Positions 19,813 to 29,903 of a stretch of 64,000 bases of DNA are shown piece after piece (the first letter of the stretch is position 1; each line of letters begins with the position of its first letter). A program made the translations under genes and the position numbers. The DNA is from Obrimoposthia wandeli (taxonomy: Eukaryota): contig CDROCS010004085.1 of assembly GCA_977020255.1 (NCBI GenBank), positions 1 to 64,000 of the forward strand, given 5' to 3'. The notes under the pieces are model-generated. The model was not told where the DNA came from. It saw nothing but the letters and a program-made list of their open reading frames with translations, and did no database searches.

Positions 19813-20025
19813 TTAAAGCGCTACTACGTTAGCTGCTTGAAGACCTTTTTGGCCTTGCTCTACTTCGAAAGATACTTTTTGGCCTTCAGCTAGCGTTTTA
19901 AAGCCTTCTGAAGCGATTGCACGGAAGTGAACAAATACGTCAGCGCCGCCGTTGTCTTGAGTAATGAAACCAAAACCTTTATCTTCGTTAAACCATTTTA
20001 CTAGACCAGTTGTTGTATTAGACAT
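19813..20025 (-). CDS. cspA: Cold shock protein (CspA family)
   Basis: [22 protein letters not shown] (RNP1) and DVFVHFRAI (RNP2), 70 aa, AAGGG RBS. Confidence 0.97.
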   Translation of the reverse strand: MSNTTTGLVKWFNEDKGFGFITQDNGGADVFVHFRAIASEGFKTLAEGQKVSFEVEQGQKGLQAANVVAL

Positions 20026-20215
20026 GTTGTGTCCCTTAATATTAAATTCATAAATTATCACGATAATGTGATGTGCTGAGAGCTTGAATTATTGAATGTT
20101 ACGATGAAGCTAAGGGAAACACTGAGGATAACAACATTAACGAAGAAATTCTGAGGTTTTACTTTTACTTGATGTTTCATTAATAACTCTGAACAACAGA
20201 GCGAGATGGATAATA
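20026..20215 (-). promoter_or_regulatory. Probable long 5' UTR of cspA
   Basis: About 190 nt of ORF-free leader with a hairpin (CTCTG-AACAA-CAGAG) near its 5' end. Long structured leaders are typical of cspA genes; the boundaries are estimates. Confidence 0.35.
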
Positions 20216-20508
20216 CCTTAATATCAAATGTTGTAAAGGTTTATTTAAAAATATAAAAATTGAATCTAACATTGGAGAGCGGCGTTCCCACATTAACCAA
20301 GGCTAATCCAAGTTATCTCAAGGTGCTAATTTCAATAAAAATCGCAGAGAATACTTTGCTCCAGAAATCATTTTTAGTGCCTTCGCTAGTATGGTTCACC
20401 TCACATCCAATGAGTTACGTTTTTATCAACGTATTCGAACAGAAGCTTGATGAAACATTGGATTTATATTTCTTACACAAAGATTCTTGTGTGATGTTAC
20501 CGAGTTTA

Positions 20509-20805
20509 TTAACCGCCGATTAACACTGTTGGCATCCCCATAATTATAGTGCCGCCATGCGCAGTTAAATCGCCCATACGAGCGGCTGGTTTGTTGTTAA
20601 CAAGAACCGTAGCGCTTCCTTTTACTACGCTATCAGGTGGGCCAACGCAGACGCATATTTGCCCCACGGTAGCTGCTGGTAAATTACCAATTAGCACTGT
20701 TGTTGGTAGAGGTAAAAGAGGGCCGCCAACGTGTGGAATAGGAACTATGGCAGGGGTTTGCATTGGACACATATGCATGTCAGTTGCTCTTGCTGCTGGT
20801 AACAT
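20509..20805 (-). CDS. PAAR domain spike-tip protein
   Basis: PAAR-type repeats (PAARATD, PAATVG, PAARMGD) with Cys/His Zn ligands, 98 aa, no C-terminal extension. Confidence 0.95.
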   Translation of the reverse strand: MLPAARATDMHMCPMQTPAIVPIPHVGGPLLPLPTTVLIGNLPAATVGQICVCVGPPDSVVKGSATVLVNNKPAARMGDLTAHGGTIIMGMPTVLIGG

Positions 20806-21378
20806 TTAAGCCTCCAAAACCTTGCCATTACCACCTTTGGCAATGTCTATACCAATATCGATAAATACTTTATAACGCTCTTTTGCTTCTTCGCCATCAG
20901 GGAGAACTGCCGTCAGGTTAATGCAGCCCGCGACAGCTTGTGCGTATAAATACTCAGGAGGCGGAACAATAGGATCGCTAGGGCTAGTCATACTTCCACC
21001 ACTCCAAAATGCGGCTTGCGCAGCCCAGCCAGCGCCTGAGTCTAGCCCTGAGATCTCGGCCATTTTCTCTGCGAAACGACGATTGGTTTCATCGGGAGTA
21101 TGTACCCACGATTTGGCTGATTGGATGGCATTTTCTTCTGCCTCATTCCAATCGTGACGACTTGAAGCGCAACAGCTTGCCCACCAAATAGATTCACGGA
21201 TAGGCAGCGCATGAGCGAGGTATGTTACCGCTTCAGAAAATAATTCATCGTCAAGAGCCGCATATATGAGGTCGTAAGGTAAATGGTGCTCTTCAGCGAG
21301 TGGTAATAGGGCCGCACTTGCTTCAAAAAGAACTAAAATTTGCTTTGCATCAGTATAAGGTATTTTTAATAGTTTCAT
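20806..21378 (-). CDS. DUF6931/Imm5-like T6SS-associated protein
   Basis: LAHALPIRESIWWASCC, W...P.E..RR and WAAQAAFWSGGSM; lies between vgrG and PAAR with overlapping or abutting codons. Confidence 0.75.
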   Translation of the reverse strand: MKLLKIPYTDAKQILVLFEASAALLPLAEEHHLPYDLIYAALDDELFSEAVTYLAHALPIRESIWWASCCASSRHDWNEAEENAIQSAKSWVHTPDETNRRFAEKMAEISGLDSGAGWAAQAAFWSGGSMTSPSDPIVPPPEYLYAQAVAGCINLTAVLPDGEEAKERYKVFIDIGIDIAKGGNGKVLEA

Positions 21379-23378
21379 CAGTTAACCTTGGCTATTGCCC
21401 CTTGTATTTGTACCATTGCCCCAGCTTTTACTTGTGTCATGGCACTGCCATTCAAAGTAACTAGGGTGCCCTTAACATCTGTTTTCCCTTTACCTTCAAT
21501 ACTCACCATTGCCGCTTTTATTTCGGCTTTTCCTTTACCATTTATTGAAATTTGAGGGGCATCTAATTTGATCCCGCTTGCGGATATTTCAATTTTACTC
21601 GCACCAACTTTTAGCTCTATTTTACTTTTTCCGGTAATGGAAATTTTACTGCCATCGACAATGACGGATGATTTTGCTTTCAGCTCAGAATTAGCACCAG
21701 ATTCTAGTTGAAGATCTTTGTCACTTTTAGCGGACAAATTCTCTTTGCTGTTCATAAGCAACTGCTTTTCTGTCGTGATGCTAATGTTTTCTTTTGCGAT
21801 GAGTTCGACAGATTTTTCGATGGTTGATGTAACTTTGCCTTTCACGGTTGTCGTTAAGTCATTGTTTGTATCAATCAATAGATCTTTTTCCGCATGAAGG
21901 TAAATGTGTTCTTTGTCTTTTTGATCTTCAAACCGTAGCTCGTTACCTTGCTTGCTGTTGCCTTTTGGTGTTGTTCGAGTTTTGATACCACTTTGAGATG
22001 CAGATGAATAGGCGGGAGTATTGGTCTTGTTATAAATTGAACCCATAATTACCGGACGGTTTGGATTTCCATCTATATATTGGATGAGAACTTCGTCGCC
22101 AACACGAGGTAGAAAATGGACTCCAAACCCTTTACTTGCAACGCCTTGAGAAACCGGTATCCAGCATGAAGTGTTTTCATCATTTTTGCCGACTAAATCC
22201 CAATGGAATTGCACCTTAATACGGCCAAGTTTATCTCTATAAATTTCTTCGTTTTTTGGTCCTGTAACGGTTGCGGTATGTATTTGTTGTGCAATAGGGT
22301 AGTGGATATACACTGGTCTGTAGGGTGTTTTGACATCACTGCATTGAAAATGATTTTCATAACTAACATTTCGCCCAGATTCGTCAGTGGTAATATGGTG
22401 GGTAATCTGAGTGATCAGGTATTCTTGATTTAGGCTAGACACTGGGTGCTTATCTAGTTTGAATTTTACACCACAAGATAAATTACTAATGGTCGATGTG
22501 GCGGAAGCAACAACCTTACGTCCGTCTATCGCTTCCATTTGGCGTTTTACAGCATTGCGAATGTCACTTTTGTCTTCAAAGCCTTGCCCATAATGATAGC
22601 TAGAAAGAGCAGAAGGAGATTCGTTACGTGCACTTTTGCGTATTCCAGTATCAAATACTTCAGCTAATTCTTGATTGTGATCGGCTAAAGTCAGTTTTGC
22701 TGTGCCGACTCTGGTTCTTACTTTCCAGTTAGAAAGTTGATAGTTTGATGATTGGCTGCCATCTCGAAAATATAACTTCTCGTTGTCTATAGACTTAAAC
22801 GTTTGATTAGAATCACCTATGATAATCGTCGGCTTATTACCTGAATTCTCGAGGTGATAATGCCATCCTTCTTCCGCAAGTAATCGTTGGACAAAACACA
22901 AATCGCTTTCATCCAACTGAATACAATAATCATGCTTTTTACCTGCGCCAGAAACTGAAAACTTAAAGAAACTACTAAAGTTTGAATCACCGAATAGTGA
23001 GTTTAAGATTTGTTTGGTTGTCATATTCTGGAACACTTGCCGATTCATACGAAAGTGCAATAGGCTGAGAGGATCTTGGGCTTCTATTTCATAAAAATAC
23101 AACGATTTCTCAATATTGTAGCCAGTGAGTTCGATGCTGGTGGCTAAACCTACGAATACACGGGTGCTACTCTCTTGCTTATAAGAAATAGTGATTTTTT
23201 TTCCCAATATACTTGAGTCGATTTCATCATTCGCCGCTACAGATAATGTCATTTGAGAGCCTTGCGAAAGGCTATCTTTAGATTCAAACTTTGAAACGAC
23301 ATAAATTTGACTATTTGACAGCTTAACCTGAAGCGGACGAGTATTGTAAGACAATTCATTATTGATCATAATTGTCAT
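21378..23378 (-). CDS. vgrG: VgrG spike protein without an effector extension
   Basis: YCIQLDESDLCFVQRLLAEEGW, DKLGRIKVQFHWD, SCWIPVSQ, FLPRVGDEVL, GNELRFED and HAEKD, followed by C-terminal beta-helix repeats only. Confidence 0.96.
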   Translation of the reverse strand: MTIMINNELSYNTRPLQVKLSNSQIYVVSKFESKDSLSQGSQMTLSVAANDEIDSSILGKKITISYKQESSTRVFVGLATSIELTGYNIEKSLYFYEIEAQDPLSLLHFRMNRQVFQNMTTKQILNSLFGDSNFSSFFKFSVSGAGKKHDYCIQLDESDLCFVQRLLAEEGWHYHLENSGNKPTIIIGDSNQTFKSIDNEKLYFRDGSQSSNYQLSNWKVRTRVGTAKLTLADHNQELAEVFDTGIRKSARNESPSALSSYHYGQGFEDKSDIRNAVKRQMEAIDGRKVVASATSTISNLSCGVKFKLDKHPVSSLNQEYLITQITHHITTDESGRNVSYENHFQCSDVKTPYRPVYIHYPIAQQIHTATVTGPKNEEIYRDKLGRIKVQFHWDLVGKNDENTSCWIPVSQGVASKGFGVHFLPRVGDEVLIQYIDGNPNRPVIMGSIYNKTNTPAYSSASQSGIKTRTTPKGNSKQGNELRFEDQKDKEHIYLHAEKDLLIDTNNDLTTTVKGKVTSTIEKSVELIAKENISITTEKQLLMNSKENLSAKSDKDLQLESGANSELKAKSSVIVDGSKISITGKSKIELKVGASKIEISASGIKLDAPQISINGKGKAEIKAAMVSIEGKGKTDVKGTLVTLNGSAMTQVKAGAMVQIQGAIAKVN

Positions 23379-24042
23379 TAATCCTTATAAAATCTCAAGT
23401 GAAATTAAACACTATTTAATTGCTATGAGTAGGCTGTGTATCAAGAGGTTTTTTTTGCAAGTGACTCAACCATAGTGCAATATAACCTCTATTTAATTTG
23501 AATGATATTTATATTAACATTCTCTAATTAATGCTCGTGGCATGACAAATTTTTTATTAATTATAGCGATAGAGTAATCGCTCTAAAATAACATTCATGA
23601 TACAACGCCACTTATTTTTATGAGACTATGTTTATAATAATTATACAAATATATTTATTCACAAACTGGTTGGATGAGAACGCCTCTAAAAGGCTTGTTG
23701 CATTTATTTTCAATCAAAACAATTGCTTATCGTTATTCTTGTAGGGTGTGATTGTGATTCCTCTTCAATTTTATAGGTTTCTAGTTAAAAACTGTATAAA
23801 TAATCGGGCATTATGTATGGTGTTTGGTTATAATCCTCATCAATAATTTTGAGTTGAAGTTTATTTATAGAATAAAAATATTTTCATGTGATTTATAAAA
23901 TTCAATTTCGTTAGATTTATTATGCAATCAATTTTGTCGCGATGGAATGGACATTTCAAAAATTAAGTGTCAAATTTCTGGTGCGTTTTTTATATGAAAA
24001 TGAATTTATAAAACTTGAAAATTAAATAAAATTTGGATTGAA
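23379..24042. promoter_or_regulatory. AT-rich divergent promoter region of the T6SS (vgrG leftward, tssA rightward)
   Basis: About 660 bp without an ORF, very AT-rich, between divergent operons. Confidence 0.6.
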
Positions 24043-25446
24043 ATGCTGCTTTCTTTTAAAAATATCTCACCGTTAATCGAGCCGATATCTGAAGATTTTC
24101 CGTGTGGGGAATATCTAAAAAATAATAAAAATTCCTTCCGTCCATTACGTAACGAATTTAATGTTGCGCAAACGTCGCTACGTAAATTAAGCCAAAACCC
24201 GAGCCTCGAAGATCTTGATGGACTGAAAGAAGAAAATCACCAAAATTGGCTTATGTTGTCAGAGTCTTTGTTTGGATGTTTTTCGAATGTTAGTCGAGAT
24301 ATTGAACTCATAGGTTGGTTTTTCACGTCACAAATATTACTCGACTCATCATTAAGTAGTGCTGCAAATACGCTGAATTGGCTTGCTGATTTGGTTGAGC
24401 ATCAATGGACATCGCTAAATCCGATTGTCGCGACAGAAAAATTGAAAAGTGATACCGAAGCAGGGCAAGTTGCTGAGCAAACACAAGCGAAAGTTAAAGC
24501 ATTTTTTCAGATGGTTGGTGACAGCGAACAAAGTAGTCTGGTTTACGCACCATTACTTTTACAGCCTTTGGTTGGTGGCGTTACATTTTTTGAATATCAG
24601 AGTTCAGAACAAAAAGGCCTAATTAGCCAATTAAAACAGCAAGTATCATCTAATGTTGCGCATGAGCGTGCTGCTGTACTTCAAAAGCTTGAAAATATTC
24701 ATCGCTGCTTAACTGAATTGGAACGTTTAAGAAAAACGACCTTATCTTATTCTCAATCTTCTGGCGTAAGTGCTCCCAATTTTGGTTTTCTGAAAAATTT
24801 ATTCACTAAATATGATTACGCTTTGCAGCAATTGACCAATATGAAATATGAGCCGAAAAAGAACGCGATAGCTCAAGAGAAGCAAGATACCAATGTAAAT
24901 AATGAGGTTACTCAGCTAGAGGCGCAACCTTCGGTGCAGGCGAATGATCAGAAAGCGTTAATGAATTCTGAGCAAAACTCATTAATTTTAAGTTCGAGCA
25001 ATCTAGCTGAAACAGCTTCAAACAACAGCATGAATCGTGATTTAGCATTTCATTTACTACGCGAAGTCTCGGATTATTTTCGTCAAAGCGAACCTCATAG
25101 CCCTGTTTCCTTTTTACTCGAAAAGGCGATCCGTTGGGGGTACTTATCTCTACCTGAATTGCTGCAAGAAATGATGGAAGAGCAAGATGGAACCAGTTTG
25201 AATAAAATTTTTAATGCCGCAGGTTTGAACCATCTTGATCAGGTTTTGCTACCGGATGTAGAGGTACCCAATGTCGACATTAAAAAACCTTCAGCTTTTA
25301 CAGCCTCTTCACCAAACGTGACTCCTGTAAAAATGGAAACTGTAAAAACTGAAGATTTCGTATCAGAAGCTTCCACTGCTGATACTCAATTACCAAGAAA
25401 GAATGAAGCCCGAGCACAATCTAATACAACAGCACTAGATTGGTAA
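24043..25446 (+). CDS. tssA: T6SS TssA (ImpA_N domain + VasJ-type C-terminal domain)
   Basis: PISEDFPCGEYL and SRDIELIGWF in the N-terminus; RDLAFHLLREVSDYFRQSEPHSPVSFLLEKAIRWG in the C-terminus. Confidence 0.92.
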   Translation: MLLSFKNISPLIEPISEDFPCGEYLKNNKNSFRPLRNEFNVAQTSLRKLSQNPSLEDLDGLKEENHQNWLMLSESLFGCFSNVSRDIELIGWFFTSQILLDSSLSSAANTLNWLADLVEHQWTSLNPIVATEKLKSDTEAGQVAEQTQAKVKAFFQMVGDSEQSSLVYAPLLLQPLVGGVTFFEYQSSEQKGLISQLKQQVSSNVAHERAAVLQKLENIHRCLTELERLRKTTLSYSQSSGVSAPNFGFLKNLFTKYDYALQQLTNMKYEPKKNAIAQEKQDTNVNNEVTQLEAQPSVQANDQKALMNSEQNSLILSSSNLAETASNNSMNRDLAFHLLREVSDYFRQSEPHSPVSFLLEKAIRWGYLSLPELLQEMMEEQDGTSLNKIFNAAGLNHLDQVLLPDVEVPNVDIKKPSAFTASSPNVTPVKMETVKTEDFVSEASTADTQLPRKNEARAQSNTTALDW

Positions 25447-25475
25447 AGGGCTCTCACTAATAAGGAAGAATGATC

Positions 25476-26009
25476 ATGGCAAGTATATACATGCGCGTTG
25501 AAGGCCTAGATGTAAAAGGTGGCGCGACAATTACTGATGTTAAAGCTTTAGAAGGGAAAGATGAGGGTTGGTTTGCAATCTCTTCATATTCTTGGGGAGC
25601 GGTACGTAATGTAGCAATGGATATCGGCAATAGTAACAACGCTGATTCAGGCATGGTTGCGATGAGCGAAGTTAACGTTTCTAAGCAAGTTGACGGTGCA
25701 TCAGAAGATCTACTTTCTTACCTATTTAATCCAGGTAAAGAAGGGAAAACAGTCGAAATCGCATTCACCAAGCCTCAACATGATGGTCAAGGTGCAGAAG
25801 TATATTTCCAAATTAAACTAACGAAAGCACGCTTAGTTTCTTACAACGTAAGTGGCTCTGATGGTTCTCAACCGTACGAAAGTTTAGCTCTTTCTTACAT
25901 TGAAATTTCTCAAAAACATAATTATGAGAAAGACGGCGGTGACATGGTTTCTGGTGGGATTGTGACTTACAACCTACCTATTGGCAAAATGACGTCTGGC
26001 GCGAAATAA
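25476..26009 (+). CDS. hcp: T6SS tube protein Hcp
   Basis: IYMRVEG..VKG, WFAISSYSWG, SEVNVSKQVDGAS, IKLTKARLVSY and ESLALSY. ATG 25476 has the better RBS spacing than 25470. Confidence 0.95.
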   Translation: MASIYMRVEGLDVKGGATITDVKALEGKDEGWFAISSYSWGAVRNVAMDIGNSNNADSGMVAMSEVNVSKQVDGASEDLLSYLFNPGKEGKTVEIAFTKPQHDGQGAEVYFQIKLTKARLVSYNVSGSDGSQPYESLALSYIEISQKHNYEKDGGDMVSGGIVTYNLPIGKMTSGAK

Positions 26010-26019
26010 TAACTATTAC

Positions 26020-26048
26020 TAGGTGTCTTACCTTAGGTAGGGCACTTA
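26020..26048 (+). terminator. Hairpin after hcp (stabiliser or leaky terminator)
   Basis: 13-pair stem including G-U pairs (TAGGTGTCTTACC / GGTAGGGCACTTA) with no U-tract. Confidence 0.5.
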
Positions 26049-26083
26049 ATTGCGATCATACAATGATCTATTAGGACCCATCT

Positions 26084-26593
26084 ATGGCATTAAATTCACA
26101 GCACAAACGTGTGAGCAAAAACCGTGTCAGCATCACTTATGATGTTGAAACAAATGGCGCAGTAGAAACCAAAGAATTGCCTTTTGTTGTCGGTGTTATT
26201 GGTGACTTTTCAGGACATAAGCCTGAAGCAGACAAAGTGGAATTGGAAGAGCGTGAATTTACTGGTGTTGATAAAGATAACTTCGATACGGTAATGGAAC
26301 AGATTCATCCAACGCTTTCTTATAAAGTCGATAACAAACTAGCGAATGATGACAGCCAATTTGAAGTCAGCATGAGCTTCCGCTCAATGAAAGACTTTCA
26401 TCCAGAGAAATTGGTTGAGCAAATTGATCCACTAAAACAGTTGGTTGAAACACGTAATCAGTTGAAAGTGCTTTTAAGCAAAGCTGACCGTTCTCGTGAT
26501 TTAGAAAAATTATTGAAAGAAGTGTTGCAAAGTACGGACGCAATTCAAGGTTTAGCTGAAGAGTTAGGGCTCAACAACGAGGGAGCAGAATAA
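26084..26593 (+). CDS. tssB: T6SS sheath small subunit TssB (VipA)
   Basis: KNRVSITYDVETNGAVETKELPFVVGVIGDFSG and DKDNFD. Confidence 0.97.
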   Translation: MALNSQHKRVSKNRVSITYDVETNGAVETKELPFVVGVIGDFSGHKPEADKVELEEREFTGVDKDNFDTVMEQIHPTLSYKVDNKLANDDSQFEVSMSFRSMKDFHPEKLVEQIDPLKQLVETRNQLKVLLSKADRSRDLEKLLKEVLQSTDAIQGLAEELGLNNEGAE

Positions 26594-28071
26594 TGTCTAC
26601 TGAACAACAAACTCTCGAACAAGCGGGTGTTGAGACTGAAACAGCGAGCTTTTTGGATCGAGCCATAACAGCAACAGCACAAACACCTGTAGATACAACC
26701 AAAGAATTGCTGGGTATTTTAACCTCTCAAGCTCTTGAAGGTACGGTAACGTGGGATAACAATTTAACGTTAACGATTGAAAAGGCCATCAGCGCTATTG
26801 ATAGTAAGATCTCGCAACAGCTATCGATAGTAATGAAAAATAGCGACTTCCAAAAATTGGAAGGAACGTGGCTTGGTCTACAAAAGTTAGTAAAGAATAG
26901 CGAACTTGGTCCTGATTTAAAGATCAAATTGGCTGATTACACAAAAGATGAACTGCTTGAGCAATTCGAAGATGCACCAGCAATCGATCGCAGCCGTTTC
27001 TTTACCATGGTTTACCAAGAAGAATTTGGTACTGCTGGTGGCCAACCGTACGGTGCTTTAATTGGTGACTACGAATTTGGTTACGGTGATGAAGATGTTG
27101 CATTGATGCGTTATATGGGCGAAGTAGCTTCGGCTTCACATTCACCATTTATTGCGGCTGCAAACGCAAGCATGTTTGATTTCAACTCATTTGCAAGATT
27201 TGCAGATGGCAAGCCTGTTGCCGCTGGTTTTGATTCTCCAGCTTATGCTAGTTGGAACGCTTTCCGTGAAAGTGACGATTCTCGCTACGTGGCATTAACA
27301 CTACCAAAAACAATGGCTCGCCAACCATATGGTGCGGCTACAGTACCCGTTAAGTCATTCGAATTCGAAGAGCTAAATACACGTGATAATGGTCAACAAA
27401 TTGTAGAGAATGATTCAGATTTTGTATGGAGCAATGCTGCTTATGAATTCGGTCTTCTAATGACTCAAGCGTACACACAGTACGGTTGGTGTACTGCAAT
27501 TCGTGGAACAGAGAATGGCGGTAAAGTTCAGAACTTACCTAATTTTACTCATTACTCAAATGCGGGTGATTTAATTCAGCAGTGTCCTACTGAAGTGAAC
27601 CTAACTGATGAACGTGAGAAAGAGCTAAGTGATCTTGGTTTCCTTCCTCTAGTTCATTACAAAAATACCAATTTCGCGGTATTTATGGGCGCACAAACGA
27701 CACATAAACCTAAGACATATGTTGATCCTGATGCGACTGCTAATGCGGCAATTTCAGCACGTCTTCCTTACACGATGGCGAGTAGCCGTATTGCTCAATA
27801 CCTAAAAGTAATGGGCCGTGATCGTATTGGTTCAAACCTAGATCCAAGCGATGTAGAGAAAGATCTCAACACATGGATTCATCAATATGTGAACCCAAAT
27901 GCAATCGGTAATGATGCGAAGGCACATCATCCGCTTGTTGAAGCAAAAGTGACAGTTGAAGAGCAAGCAGGGCGCCCTGGTGCATATTCCGCGGTTGCAT
28001 ACCTTCGTCCTTGGTTACAAATGGAAGAATTATCAACCTCGCTACGCATGGTTGCAAACATTCCGGGTTAA
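26593..28071 (+). CDS. tssC: T6SS sheath large subunit TssC (VipB)
   Basis: FQKLEGTWLGL, EEFGTAGGQPYG, AHSPFIAAA-like segment, WNAFRESDDSRY and ISARLPY. Confidence 0.97.
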   Translation: MSTEQQTLEQAGVETETASFLDRAITATAQTPVDTTKELLGILTSQALEGTVTWDNNLTLTIEKAISAIDSKISQQLSIVMKNSDFQKLEGTWLGLQKLVKNSELGPDLKIKLADYTKDELLEQFEDAPAIDRSRFFTMVYQEEFGTAGGQPYGALIGDYEFGYGDEDVALMRYMGEVASASHSPFIAAANASMFDFNSFARFADGKPVAAGFDSPAYASWNAFRESDDSRYVALTLPKTMARQPYGAATVPVKSFEFEELNTRDNGQQIVENDSDFVWSNAAYEFGLLMTQAYTQYGWCTAIRGTENGGKVQNLPNFTHYSNAGDLIQQCPTEVNLTDEREKELSDLGFLPLVHYKNTNFAVFMGAQTTHKPKTYVDPDATANAAISARLPYTMASSRIAQYLKVMGRDRIGSNLDPSDVEKDLNTWIHQYVNPNAIGNDAKAHHPLVEAKVTVEEQAGRPGAYSAVAYLRPWLQMEELSTSLRMVANIPG

Positions 28072-28119
28072 CCCGATTCGGGGATGAAAATCTCCGGATA
28101 GCTTTGAATTGGACAGTCG

Positions 28120-29481
28120 ATGAAAACTCATAATAAAACAACAGTGTCCCCCCTTCTATCTGCTGATTTACCGTGGCAGAAGCTATTAAAGCTTGCTCAA
28201 GGCGAGGCGACTGTTCAATTCAAAGCTTTATTAATTCAAGTAATAACAGGCTTAGATGACTTAATTAGCCAACAACTCAATGAGGTGATGATTCACCCAC
28301 ATTTTAAGCAACTTGAATCAAGTTGGTTAGGGTTGCAGACGTTGACGCACCTGCCTGTATCGAATCGCCGCGTAAAGATCCGCCTTCTCGATTTTAGCTG
28401 GAAAATGGTCTCTAACGATCTCAATTATTCCTTCGATATAAAACAGACGGCGCTGTTTAAGAAGTTGTATTCCAATGAGTTTGATACCGCAGGCGGAACG
28501 CCATATGGAATGGTGGTCGTTGATCACCGGGTTACATCTGATTATGGCGACGACGGTGAGTATGATGATCTTTACACATTACAGCTATTAGCTGAGTTGG
28601 CCGAACGCTCGTTATGCCCAGTGGTATTAGGTGTTGATGAAGATTTTTTTGGTGATGATATTAATCGCCAATTACACGATAGTTCACGTGCTAAGCGTAT
28701 TTTAGACAGCCGTGATTTTATTTCATGGCAACTATTACGTGATAATCCTGCATCACGTTTTTTGCATCTTGCTCTGCCTGAATATTTGCAACGCGAACCT
28801 TATCATCATTGTGTGGCTGGTTTTATTTATAACCAGCCAAACACTAGGCAGCATTCGTTGTGGGGCAATAGTGCGTACTTGTTAGCGATGAATGTTATTC
28901 GTGAATTTGATCGAATTAGTTGGTTTGGTTTTTTGCGCTCATATAACGAAACGGGTTTATATGGTGCTATTACTCAAATGGATCAGCCCTTGTGCGGCAA
29001 GGTTGATATTTATGCCGAAGACGATGGTTTTTGGGCTGAACAAGGTTTTGTCCCTTTGTCGAGCTTGTATCTCACCGAGCAAAAAGGATTCTTTAGCAAC
29101 CAGTCTGTTTGGAAAGCTAAAAATGATACGGAGCGAATGCTTGGTATGTTGCAAACCAATTTAATGGCATGTCGATTTGGTCACTATATAAAAGCTCAAA
29201 TTCGTGATCAGATTGGGCGTTACGACAGTGCTGAAGATTGTAAGCGTAGTTTAGAGCGTTGGTTGCAGAATTACATCAGTGAAGTTGATTATGGTGAAGA
29301 CTCCATTATGGCGCGATTTCCGCTAAAAGCTTGTGAAGTTCGCATTGAGCAAGATCCACGAGACAACACAAGGTACCAATGTCAGATCATGCTTCAACCT
29401 CAATACCAATACGAAATGATGGACGCGCAAGTTGTACTTAAAGCGTCAGTATCGAGCCAAGAAGTTGGAGAGTCGGCATGA
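28120..29481 (+). CDS. tssC: Second, divergent TssC-like subunit
   Basis: FKQLESSWLGL, LYSNEFDTAGGTPYG, WGNSAYLLA and RFGHYIKAQIRDQIG. Confidence 0.9.
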   Translation: MKTHNKTTVSPLLSADLPWQKLLKLAQGEATVQFKALLIQVITGLDDLISQQLNEVMIHPHFKQLESSWLGLQTLTHLPVSNRRVKIRLLDFSWKMVSNDLNYSFDIKQTALFKKLYSNEFDTAGGTPYGMVVVDHRVTSDYGDDGEYDDLYTLQLLAELAERSLCPVVLGVDEDFFGDDINRQLHDSSRAKRILDSRDFISWQLLRDNPASRFLHLALPEYLQREPYHHCVAGFIYNQPNTRQHSLWGNSAYLLAMNVIREFDRISWFGFLRSYNETGLYGAITQMDQPLCGKVDIYAEDDGFWAEQGFVPLSSLYLTEQKGFFSNQSVWKAKNDTERMLGMLQTNLMACRFGHYIKAQIRDQIGRYDSAEDCKRSLERWLQNYISEVDYGEDSIMARFPLKACEVRIEQDPRDNTRYQCQIMLQPQYQYEMMDAQVVLKASVSSQEVGESA

Positions 29482-29903
29482 GCCTAATGGCAAAACTTGA
29501 TGGTAGCTGGCAAGACGATATTGATGGGCTGCGCGATGCCATTATAGAAAATGTATGTGCATTGATTTCTAGTCGAGCTCCTATTTGGTCTTCTGTTGAA
29601 GACGAAGCAAATCTAGTGGAAGGTTCGATCGTGCATATAGGTCTAAGCAATGCCACTCGTTCACAAAGCAAATCAAATAGTGATGTGTTGGTCGCTGATA
29701 TCGCTGAACTGATCCGTTTATATGAACCACGATTAGCTCAGGTCGATATTGAACTTAATGAACAATCAGCAGGAAGTAATCAACTGCAATTTCGAATTTC
29801 CGCGATTATGCACTCACAGCAAGGCGATGAAGCCATTGTTCTGGATTCTTTGCTAGATTTCAGTCGAAATAAACTTGATGTAAGGAAGTCGAACCTTGTC
29901 TGA
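29478..29903 (+). CDS. tssE: T6SS baseplate TssE (gp25-like)
   Basis: I..YEPRLAQVDI and LQFRISA; position in the cluster. Confidence 0.88.
   Translation: MSLMAKLDGSWQDDIDGLRDAIIENVCALISSRAPIWSSVEDEANLVEGSIVHIGLSNATRSQSKSNSDVLVADIAELIRLYEPRLAQVDIELNEQSAGSNQLQFRISAIMHSQQGDEAIVLDSLLDFSRNKLDVRKSNLV

Noticed and set aside
20260-20523. 87-aa TTG-start ORF between cspA and PAAR
   Set aside because: No RBS or motif, and it overlaps the PAAR stop convergently; probably spurious.
23454-23475. Sigma-54-like TGG...TTGCA upstream of vgrG (minus strand)
   Set aside because: GG-to-GC spacing is 11 rather than the required 10, and no sigma-54 activator gene is in the cluster.
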